Positions 27,060-34,675 are shown, numbered from the stretch's first letter. The stretch: 64,000 nucleotides of DNA from an uncultured Rhodospirillaceae bacterium (GCA_963976395.1 CAXBLG010000008.1:12018-76017), one strand, 5' to 3'. Notes: a model not told the origin generated them from the letters alone. Program-made: numbers and translations.

Positions 27060-27485
27060 TTAATCCTTGATGCGAATAACGACATCAACCCGCGAGATTT
27101 CGGTGCCCTTTGGTGTGCGTGGCAAGGAAGAAATGTGAATGTCGTCGTTAGCAATGTCTTCCAAGCGCCGCGAGCGTTCATAGAAGAAGTGATGGTGATC
27201 GCTGGTGTTCGTATCAAAATACGTTCCCATGGAATCGACCGAAAGGGCTCTCAGCAAGCCTTTAGCCGTGAAATCGTGAAGGGCGTTATAGATGGTTGCA
27301 AGTGACACATCGATGTCGCTGGCTCGGGCTTCCTTGAACAAATCTTCGGCTGAAACATGGCGGTGGCCCTTCGCAAACAGCAATCGGGCGAGGGCCAAAC
27401 GCTGGCGCGTCGGCCGCAAACCAATTGTTCGCAACCGTTCCAATACGTCTGACTCCGACGGAATTTCTGATTTTTGCTTTGCCAT
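27060..27485 (-). CDS. irr: Fur-family iron response regulator Irr
   Basis: 141 aa. GLRPTRQRLALARLLF, VSLATIYNAL, GLLR, YFDTNTSDHHHFFY (HHH heme site) and ISRVDVVIR parallel Bradyrhizobium/Rhizobium Irr. There are no C-x-x-C zinc motifs and no N-terminal Cys-Pro heme-regulatory motif. Confidence 0.9.
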   Translation of the reverse strand: MAKQKSEIPSESDVLERLRTIGLRPTRQRLALARLLFAKGHRHVSAEDLFKEARASDIDVSLATIYNALHDFTAKGLLRALSVDSMGTYFDTNTSDHHHFFYERSRRLEDIANDDIHISSLPRTPKGTEISRVDVVIRIKD

Positions 27486-27659
27486 ATCAGCCTACGCGAA
27501 CTTTCTCATCTTCAAGTTCTCTTAGGTTATCACATCAAAGATTTAAATTCAGCCCATATGGGCGCTGGGTTGAAATAGGGCTTTTGCCCGACTCCAGCAA
27601 GCCTCTGTGGTGAGCTTGTATATATTTTTGGCTTTCTCTCATTGTGAGGTGCCAAACGC

Positions 27660-27736
27660 GGTGGACCGGCGAAACCGGGGGGGGATGAGGGGGGGGGAGA
27701 TTTCGCCAGTCCACCATTTCGGTTCCTTACGGAACC
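27660..27736. repeat. Long stem-loop carrying G8 and G9 homopolymer tracts, followed by a short second hairpin
   Basis: GGTGGACCGGCGAAA (27660-27674) pairs with TTTCGCCAGTCCACC (27701-27715) with one C/A mismatch. The 26-nt loop is CC-G8-ATGA-G9-AGA (G8 27677-27684, G9 27689-27697). Then GGTTCC-TTAC-GGAACC (27721-27736). Confidence 0.6.
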
Positions 27737-27928
27737 CCGTTTGGCGAGCTTAGAACTGCTCGATGTGCAGTCCTTGTGGCCGTGTTCCAGGACCAACAAG
27801 CTCCAGCAAAACATCGCGGCGGATTATGTCCTGACTGCGGCTAAGAGCTTAAAATGCTGTTAGGTCACCGGGGTGAAGACGCATCAGGCGGCATGGTGCG
27901 GGCTGACACGCCCTGTCGGTGCCGCGAA

Positions 27929-28450
27929 TTAGGCTTCGGTGGATTGCGGCGGGCTACTCAGTATCTCGACTTGTACAGCCATCGGACCTTTTTTGCCTGG
28001 GCGAACGTGCATGCGAACGTGTTGTCCGGATTCCAGTCGGTCCAGGTTGGACCGCTGCAATGCGCCAATGCCGACAAAAACGTCGGCACTCCCATCAGCG
28101 GGCATCCCAAAACCATAGCCCTTATCAACTGCGAAAAACTTGATCTCGCCATCGACGACGGATTCCTCACCGTTCTCGGCTTCCGGCAGGTCATCCTGAA
28201 CGGTGGAGTCATCAACGCGTTCAATAGCGGAGACTTGTGGGCCGCGTGGGCCGCTCGACAAATCGCATATGAGAGTTGCGCCCTGGCGCAATGTGCGCAA
28301 TCCGGCGCGTTGCACGACAGACACATGCAAGAAGGCGTCCGGCGTTCCATCGGTCGGCGCAACGAAGCCGAAACCTTTAGCCGGATTGAACCATTTAACC
28401 TTAGCGGTTACGCCTGTCTGGGCGATCTCCGCCGGAGAAGACGACTGCAT
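27929..28450 (-). CDS. Cold-shock protein with two cold-shock domains
   Basis: CSD1 AKVKWFNPAKGFGFVAP (RNP1-like KGFGF) ... AFLHVS. CSD2 GEIKFFAVDKGYGFGMP ... VFVGIG. ATG 28450 is preferred over the track TTG at 28480. Confidence 0.85.
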   Translation of the reverse strand: MQSSSPAEIAQTGVTAKVKWFNPAKGFGFVAPTDGTPDAFLHVSVVQRAGLRTLRQGATLICDLSSGPRGPQVSAIERVDDSTVQDDLPEAENGEESVVDGEIKFFAVDKGYGFGMPADGSADVFVGIGALQRSNLDRLESGQHVRMHVRPGKKGPMAVQVEILSSPPQSTEA

Positions 28451-28640
28451 TGGTACCAGAAACCTGTAAACCCACCCCAATTACTCCAAAACTGTACACC
28501 AATTTCTTGTTCAGCCAACCTTAGAGTCGATTGGTGTGGATCGTCCGTTGCGGGTGTGTGGGTTCACAACGACGATTCCGCAATGCACAAAAATTTCGCA
28601 ATGATTTAATGCAGCGCAATTCGGCTACAGAGACGTGCAT

Positions 28641-30152
28641 CTATGGTTGCGTTTTTACCCGCGCGACAGCGTTCTGCCAGTCGGTGAGCAGAGCGGCTCT
28701 GCGGACGGACTCCATCGAGGGGGTCGCGCGGGACTCTAGGCGCCATGCGGTTTTGACCTCGTCCAATGACGAATAGACACCGCGTCCTAGTCCCGCCAAA
28801 AACGCCGCGCCAAGTACGGTTGTTTCGTTATACGCGGGCCGTTCTACGGGCACGTCGCAAATGTCAGCGAGAAACTGGAGGAGCCAAGTGTTGGCAGCCA
28901 TGCCTCCGTCTACACGCAGTGCGGAAGGTGCGGGGATTCCATCTTGCCGCAAAGCATTCAGCAAGTCGGCAGTCTGAAAACAAACCGACTCGAGACCCGC
29001 GCGAACGACCTCAGCCACGCCGGTGTCGCGTGTCAGCCCCAAAATCGCGCCGCGTGCATGTGGATCCCAATGCGGAGCTCCAAGCCCGGTGAAGGCGGGC
29101 ACAAGAACGACGCGCCCATTATTCGCACCTTTGTCTCCAGCATCATTCAAGCTTGCGGCTAGTGTTTCCGAGTCGGCGGCGTGCTCGATCAACTTCATGT
29201 TGTCGCGCAGCCATTGAATAACGGTTCCGGCGTTGAAGATACTGCCTTCCAAGGCATAAGTGATGACGCCGTCGATCTGATAGGCGATGGTGGTCAGCAT
29301 TCGGTTTTTGGATTTCAAGGCTTCAGCGCCTGTGCTGGCTAGAACAAAGCATCCCGTTCCATAGGTGCTTTTAATCATGCCCGGGGCAAAGCAGGCTTGT
29401 CCTACCAGTGCGCCTTGCTGGTCTCCAACAATGCCGCAGACCGGAATTTCCGCGCCCAGAATATCCGCATCAGTCTGTCCGAACGATCCTGCGGTATCGC
29501 GAATATCCGGCAACATGGACTTGGGAACGCCGAAAAGCTTAAGGAGATCGTCGTCCCACCCACCTGAGTGTATATTGCACAGCATAGTGCGCGACGCGTT
29601 AGTGGCGTCGGTTGCGTGAGTCCGACCGCCGGTCAGGCGCCACAGCAAGAATGTATCAATGGTCCCAAAGGCTAGATGTCCGGCCTCGGCTGCCGAACGT
29701 GCGCCGTCGATGGTGTTCAGCATCCATTCGATTTTAGTGGCCGAGAAATAGGAGTCTAAGAGCAGACCGGATTTGTCTTGAATGGTTTGCTCGTGACCTT
29801 CCTTTTTCAACTCGGCACAACGCGCCGCGCCGCGCCGGTCCTGCCAGACAATGGCATTCATCAAGGGTTTGCCGGTGCGCCGGTCCCAGACTACGGTGGT
29901 TTCTCGTTGATTGGTGATGCCGATCGCGGCGATGTTTGCCGGACCGCCGGTTTGTGCAATCACCGTGCGGCAGACGTCGACAACGGCGGTCCAGATTTCC
30001 TCGGGGTCGTGTTCAACCCAGCCGTCCGTCGGAAAAATTTGCTTTAGCGATTGCTGGGAAACTGCCAAAGGCTGCGCATCCGCATCGAACATCACCGCGC
30101 GGGTCGAGGTCGTGCCTTGGTCTATGGCTAGGATACGGGTCGTATCGGGCAT
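28641..30152 (-). CDS. glpK: Glycerol kinase
   Basis: 503 aa. ILAIDQGTTSTRAVMF, GITNQRETTVVWD, GDQQGALVGQ, VDGGMAAN. Confidence 0.95.
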   Translation of the reverse strand: MPDTTRILAIDQGTTSTRAVMFDADAQPLAVSQQSLKQIFPTDGWVEHDPEEIWTAVVDVCRTVIAQTGGPANIAAIGITNQRETTVVWDRRTGKPLMNAIVWQDRRGAARCAELKKEGHEQTIQDKSGLLLDSYFSATKIEWMLNTIDGARSAAEAGHLAFGTIDTFLLWRLTGGRTHATDATNASRTMLCNIHSGGWDDDLLKLFGVPKSMLPDIRDTAGSFGQTDADILGAEIPVCGIVGDQQGALVGQACFAPGMIKSTYGTGCFVLASTGAEALKSKNRMLTTIAYQIDGVITYALEGSIFNAGTVIQWLRDNMKLIEHAADSETLAASLNDAGDKGANNGRVVLVPAFTGLGAPHWDPHARGAILGLTRDTGVAEVVRAGLESVCFQTADLLNALRQDGIPAPSALRVDGGMAANTWLLQFLADICDVPVERPAYNETTVLGAAFLAGLGRGVYSSLDEVKTAWRLESRATPSMESVRRAALLTDWQNAVARVKTQP

Positions 30153-30226
30153 AGCTATCGGTCCTTGTAGCGGAATGCTGCCAAGCCGACAGTTTAGCTC
30201 AATTTGGGTTCTCTAAAGGGAATTGT

Positions 30227-32227
30227 TCAGGCGACTTCACTGATGATATGGCCATTGCCATCATCATCTTCGTCGTTGTCGCCGCTGGTGCCGTCGAGAA
30301 ACGATTGCCAGTCGTAGCTACTATCGTCGTCGGTAATGTTGAAGCTTTGTGCCCACACCGGGTCGGCAACGCGTTTCTCGCTGGCGGTCTGAATTTGCTT
30401 CTCGGCGCGGGTTAGATTGCGCTCGGTAATAATCGCCATGCGTCCTGCACCGTGGTCTTTGTATACCATCAACGCCATCCGGAAGGCTTCAGAGGATTGA
30501 CGCATGTATTCCCACTCACCGGTATGCTTGGCGAGGAGAAACAGGGCTGAGCCGAGGCTGTTCTGTATTGAGGCCCACTGCAAAGGCGCGGTATCGGGGG
30601 TGCGAACTTGTAGTGAGGCAATGCAGCACTTCACCGCGTATTCCAAAATCGGCACGCTGCGGACGTTATCGCCGTACACTTGAAGAATCTGCGCGAGTGA
30701 GTTGGAAATCTCCGACCACCGGATTGGATGGGTGTACTTGTTGAAAATTTGCCGCGCGGCCTGACAGGCATGGATAGCTTCGCGCAACGCATTGTCGTCG
30801 CCAATCGCCATATCGATTTTGTAGAGCACACATCCTAGACGGTACTTCATCAAGCCCCAATCGACGGTCTGTTTGCGGCGAGAGATATGCATCAGTGCGC
30901 GGCGATAAGCATCGGCCGCTTGCTCAAGACAGTCGCTATCGTTCGAGCGCTCGGCGATGATCTGGAGGGTGAGACCCAGTTGTTGATACAATTGGCCAAG
31001 AAGAGGGCCATGATCATTAGGAATAAGTTCGACTGCGGCGCGCCAAGCTTCAACGGCGGTTTGATACCAGCCGCGGTCGCCTTCCAACTGGGCACATATG
31101 GCGCACGCATTGCCGAAACAGAATATGGTGGCGGCACGTTCAAGCGGTTCCATCGCAGCCGATGGGTCGAGGCCCATCGTCTTTGCAGACGCTGTGATGG
31201 CCGGCAAGGCAGAGCGCAAAATACGCCCCTGCGAAAAGCTGCGCGGGTCGATCGCAGCCAGGATCACGGCGCGCACAAGCGGCACCCAGTCCGTATAAAA
31301 ATCCACCGGCAGCGTGAGGACGTTCATCGGCGTAAAGCGGCCGGGCCGTTCACCGGGGCTGGAAGCCGTGCCGGTAAAGTGCAGTTCAAGATTGCGTCCT
31401 GTGGGGTCGATGTTCCCCCAGATCAAAAGATCGGCGTTGTAATCGGCCATCCACTTGCGGCCTTCGCGAGTTGCCCGCTTTGTAATGTCGTCGTTGAAAA
31501 CGCTTTCAGGCTCACCCAGGCCGGGTATGAAGCGCGTTAGATCGCGGTCGATTGCCATAACACGTGTGCCTGGAATGCCGTCCAGCGCTTGGAGAATCAG
31601 CTGGTGCTGCATGTCTTCATAGTCGTCGTGAAATTTACCGACCATGATGAGAAGGTCGCTCGGCGCCGGTGCTTTAGACTTTTTGCCTGGGCGGCGCGTG
31701 GGGTCTTTAACGACGGAGTCGATCAGCTTCTCGAACAAATTCGGTTTACGCTCGCCGATGAGATTGGTCGGTAAGGGGCGGCCTACACGTACCGGCGGTG
31801 GGGCGCTAAAATCGGCAGTTACCTCACTTACAGGGACCGGCAATTTCGCCGCTGCCGCTCTGTAAGCTTCGGCCCTGACAATATCATTGCCGCCTTCCGG
31901 CGAACGCATGCGCCGAGCCATTTTTGTCATGACTTTAAGGGCGGTGTCCGGGTCGGCTTCGATCTGACTTAGGAATTCATCGCGCGGGATGGCTTTAACG
32001 GTGACCGAGCCCCTGGCGCGGGCGGTGGCTGTGCGCGGCGCGTTATCGAGGACGCCCATTTCGCCGAAAAGCTCACCGGCCCGATGGCGCGACATCACCG
32101 TCGGTCCTTCAGGACCGTTCTTAATGAGTTCAACCGACCCTTCGAGAACCTCAAAGGCCCAGTCGCTCTCATCCCCTTGGCGGTAGATGATCTCTCTGTC
32201 TTTGAATGTTTTTGTGACCGTTCTCAC
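30227..32227 (-). CDS. Cyclic-nucleotide-binding domain protein with a central alpha/beta module, a C-terminal TPR-like repeat region and an acidic tail (function unknown)
   Basis: 666 aa, GTG start. Residues ~1-115 form a cNMP-binding beta-barrel with the phosphate-binding cassette FGEMGVLDNAPRTATARA. Residues ~190-285 alternate strand/helix segments (LLIMVGKF, TRVMAIDRDL, ADLLIWGNI). Residues ~380-600 hold ~40-aa repeats (DWGLMKYRLGCVL..., RWSEISNSLAQIL..., QWASIQNSLGSAL...). The protein ends in a D/E-rich tail. There is no HTH. Confidence 0.7.
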   Translation of the reverse strand: MRTVTKTFKDREIIYRQGDESDWAFEVLEGSVELIKNGPEGPTVMSRHRAGELFGEMGVLDNAPRTATARARGSVTVKAIPRDEFLSQIEADPDTALKVMTKMARRMRSPEGGNDIVRAEAYRAAAAKLPVPVSEVTADFSAPPPVRVGRPLPTNLIGERKPNLFEKLIDSVVKDPTRRPGKKSKAPAPSDLLIMVGKFHDDYEDMQHQLILQALDGIPGTRVMAIDRDLTRFIPGLGEPESVFNDDITKRATREGRKWMADYNADLLIWGNIDPTGRNLELHFTGTASSPGERPGRFTPMNVLTLPVDFYTDWVPLVRAVILAAIDPRSFSQGRILRSALPAITASAKTMGLDPSAAMEPLERAATIFCFGNACAICAQLEGDRGWYQTAVEAWRAAVELIPNDHGPLLGQLYQQLGLTLQIIAERSNDSDCLEQAADAYRRALMHISRRKQTVDWGLMKYRLGCVLYKIDMAIGDDNALREAIHACQAARQIFNKYTHPIRWSEISNSLAQILQVYGDNVRSVPILEYAVKCCIASLQVRTPDTAPLQWASIQNSLGSALFLLAKHTGEWEYMRQSSEAFRMALMVYKDHGAGRMAIITERNLTRAEKQIQTASEKRVADPVWAQSFNITDDDSSYDWQSFLDGTSGDNDEDDDGNGHIISEVA

Positions 32228-32360
32228 GGAGGCTTCCCCGGGGTAGGAATGGGTACGTGAACGCTTCTGCGTGACGTTGCGAGCCTACTTTCGAACGGGA
32301 ACGGTTTAATAAACGTTAAGGCCCTGACCGAACTTTGAAATGAACTTCGGTAGGTTTAAT

Positions 32361-32376
32361 TGATGCATATACATCA
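32361..32376. promoter_or_regulatory. Candidate operator palindrome upstream of the cNMP-binding/TPR gene
   Basis: TGATGCAT-ATACATCA (7 of 8 positions palindromic) with core TGCATATACA at 32364-32373. It lies ~135-150 nt upstream of the GTG at 32227 and shares 9/10 positions with the core in front of marR. Confidence 0.35.
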
Positions 32377-32392
32377 TAAATAATGAATGAAC

Positions 32393-32845
32393 TTACAGTT
32401 GCCCCAATATCTCTAGCAGTTGCCCGGCGCGTTCAGGGCCTATGCGGTGGGTAAGGTCGTGCTGGGTGTCTTTCCATAAAGCTTTTGCCTTGTTGAGAAC
32501 GGTTTGCCCGGAAATGGTGAGGCTAATAATATCCGGACGTCTTCCTGCGCCAACGTGAGTGTCCACATATCCAGCGTGTTTTAGGGGCTTGATGTTTCGG
32601 CTCAAAGTCGTGCGGTCCATCGCCATGTATGTGGAGATCTGTGGAGTCGGTACGGGCTCAAAGGCCGCAATGACAACTAATATGTTGAATTGGCTATAAT
32701 TTATACCGCTGGGCCGGAGGGATTGATCGAAAGCCCGCGTGAAAAGTCGCGCAGCCCGTCGCACGTGGTGGGCCAAGCAAACCTGGATAATCGCATCGGC
32801 CCTCGCCGCGGGCAGATCACTAAAGCCCTCTGTTTGTAACTTCAT
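32393..32845 (-). CDS. MarR family transcriptional regulator
   Basis: 150 aa. Winged-helix region INYSQFNILVVIA ... QISTYMAMDRTTLSRNIKPLKHAGYV ... GRRPDIISLT. Confidence 0.85.
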   Translation of the reverse strand: MKLQTEGFSDLPAARADAIIQVCLAHHVRRAARLFTRAFDQSLRPSGINYSQFNILVVIAAFEPVPTPQISTYMAMDRTTLSRNIKPLKHAGYVDTHVGAGRRPDIISLTISGQTVLNKAKALWKDTQHDLTHRIGPERAGQLLEILGQL

Positions 32846-32866
32846 TTATTGTATATACAACAATAA
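32846..32866. promoter_or_regulatory. Candidate MarR operator / promoter element abutting the marR start codon
   Basis: TTATTGT-ATATACA-ACAATAA inverted repeat containing the perfect 10-bp palindrome TGTATATACA (32850-32859), 4 nt from the ATG. No Shine-Dalgarno sequence is present. Confidence 0.4.
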
Positions 32867-32902
32867 AATCGAAAATGCGACAAGTTCTGGTAAATTTTAA
32901 GT

Positions 32903-33175
32903 CTACTCGGCGGGAGAGCCGCCAGATTTGGGATGTTTAATGGCACCTTGATAAATACGGGCCGTCTGTTCGCCTAACTTCGCGGCAACGAACGGGTTGC
33001 CACTTTCATCCCGGCCGAAGTCCATAGCGATGGCGCCACGTTCCACTGCGGTGATCGCCTCGGCTTCAGGTATGTCGAAGGCCTTGGCTATCGCGCCGAT
33101 TAGAGCAGCAATTTCCGCATGCATTTCCGGTTTCGGGGCATCGTTACCCGTTGGATCAGCCATAAATTCAATCAC
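32903..33175 (-). CDS. Small hypothetical protein (90 aa), no recognisable family
   Basis: An ORF co-directional with marR (57-nt gap). GTG 33175 or ATG 33163 are possible starts, with GAGG upstream of the ATG. Ala/Glu-rich, no TM segment and no motif I recognise. Confidence 0.4.
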   Translation of the reverse strand: MIEFMADPTGNDAPKPEMHAEIAALIGAIAKAFDIPEAEAITAVERGAIAMDFGRDESGNPFVAAKLGEQTARIYQGAIKHPKSGGSPAE

Positions 33176-33286
33176 CCTCTATCTATTCCGTATCTCGACT
33201 CGCTTCGTCACCGGTTGCGCAATTCCGGCAGTGGGCTGACAATACCGCCCACATAGCGCCTAGCCCCATAACTGTCAGCGTGGACC

Positions 33287-33754
33287 ATGACTCGCCATAT
33301 CATTGCACTACTCTTTATGATCTACGCCATACCGGCGGTCCACGCTAAAGACCTTGTCGAGACCGCGACCGAGGCGGGAACTTTTAATACCTTTTTGCTG
33401 GCCGCGCGGAACACGGGGTTGATGGAAAGTTTAAAAAGCACCGGACCCTGGACAATTTTTGCGCCGACCGATGATGCCTTCGCGGAACTTCCCACCGGCG
33501 AGCTGCGACTACTGCTCCTCCCGCAAAATCTCGAAAGACTCGAAGCTGTAATCCGCAATCATATTGTTGCCGGTGAAGTGACGTCGCGGGATATTCTAGG
33601 CAAGCGGCTTGAGGCCGTGACAGTTGATGGCGGTACTTTGCTGATAGACGCCACCAAGAATGTTATGGTCGATGAAGCCCGTGTGGTAAAAGCCGATGTG
33701 ATCGCCGACAACGGATTCATACATGTTATTGATGCCGTCCTAATGCCCGAGTAG
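33287..33754 (+). CDS. Fasciclin (FAS1) domain protein, secreted
   Basis: Signal peptide, then TIFAPTDDAFAELP and FIHVIDAVLMP FAS1 signatures. Confidence 0.85.
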   Translation: MTRHIIALLFMIYAIPAVHAKDLVETATEAGTFNTFLLAARNTGLMESLKSTGPWTIFAPTDDAFAELPTGELRLLLLPQNLERLEAVIRNHIVAGEVTSRDILGKRLEAVTVDGGTLLIDATKNVMVDEARVVKADVIADNGFIHVIDAVLMPE

Positions 33755-33797
33755 CTGGTAGAGTCTAGATTCAACACCGACGGTTACGTTACCTCTC

Positions 33798-34643
33798 ATG
33801 CATATGAAATTTGTCAGTTACGAATATTCCCATGGCCCCAGTTTCGGTGCGGTGATTGGCGACGACATCATTGATCTATCTGATGCAGGCTCTTCGCTGC
33901 GCGCGGTTCTCGCCACCGGCCCTTTGGGTAATTTGCAAGCAGTAGCCGCCAAGCGCAAGCCGATCGCGCCTCTCAATAAAGTTGTGTTGCTGCAAGTTGT
34001 TCCTGACGCCGCGCGTGTAATTTGCGTCGGCAAAAATTACCACGAACACGCCAAGGAAATGGGCGGTGAAGCGCCTGCCCAGCCTAACTTGTTTATGCGC
34101 ACCCCCCAGTCCCTGGTGGGCCATCGCCAATCTATCGTTTGTCCAAATGCCTCCAGTCAGTACGATTATGAGGGAGAATTGGCGGTGGTGATTGGGCGTG
34201 GCGGCCGCCGCATTCCGCCTGACCGTGCGCTATCGCATGTGGCGGGGTATACGTGTTTTCTCGACGGCAGCGTGCGTGATTTTCAAAAGCATTCTTTTAC
34301 AGCGGGGAAAAATTTTGATTCGTCCGGTGCATGTGGACCTTGGTTGGTTCCTGCGGCTGAAGTGTCAGATCCGCAGTCACTTACCTTGACCACTCGACTA
34401 AACGGCGAAGTTGTTCAGCACGCAAACACATCCGAGATGATCCACTCCGTGTCCGCCATCATTTCGTATATCTCGACATTCACTCATCTTGAACCGGGCG
34501 ATGTAATCGCCACGGGCACGCCGTCGGGTGTTGGTGCTGCTCGGACGCCGCCCAAATGGCTGAAACCTGGCGATCAGGTGGAAGTGGAAATTGAAGATAT
34601 CGGTGTACTCGCCAACACGGTCATTTCCGAGCCGTCGGTTTAA
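33798..34643 (+). CDS. Fumarylacetoacetate hydrolase (FAH) family protein
   Basis: VGKNYHEHAKEMG, YEGELAVVIG, PGDVIATGTPSGVG. Confidence 0.85.
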   Translation: MHMKFVSYEYSHGPSFGAVIGDDIIDLSDAGSSLRAVLATGPLGNLQAVAAKRKPIAPLNKVVLLQVVPDAARVICVGKNYHEHAKEMGGEAPAQPNLFMRTPQSLVGHRQSIVCPNASSQYDYEGELAVVIGRGGRRIPPDRALSHVAGYTCFLDGSVRDFQKHSFTAGKNFDSSGACGPWLVPAAEVSDPQSLTLTTRLNGEVVQHANTSEMIHSVSAIISYISTFTHLEPGDVIATGTPSGVGAARTPPKWLKPGDQVEVEIEDIGVLANTVISEPSV

Positions 34644-34675
34644 CCGCTCCTTGCGCTGCCCGGATCAGCTTTAGC

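Noticed and set aside
27530-27814. Small ORFs 27530..27814 (94 aa) and 27535..27717 (60 aa) that read through the C8/C9 tracts. They could be phase-variable small genes.
   Set aside because: There is no ribosome-binding site, no homology-like features, and two mutually exclusive frames. The flanking 15-bp inverted repeat argues for a nucleic-acid structure instead. Kept only as a note inside the G-tract finding.
30227-32227. Reading the cNMP-binding protein as a Pycsar/CBASS-type effector of a defence operon.
   Set aside because: No cyclase, CD-NTase or other defence gene is adjacent. The neighbours are glpK and marR, and no mobile-element context is visible. The idea survives only as a low-probability hypothesis in the finding.
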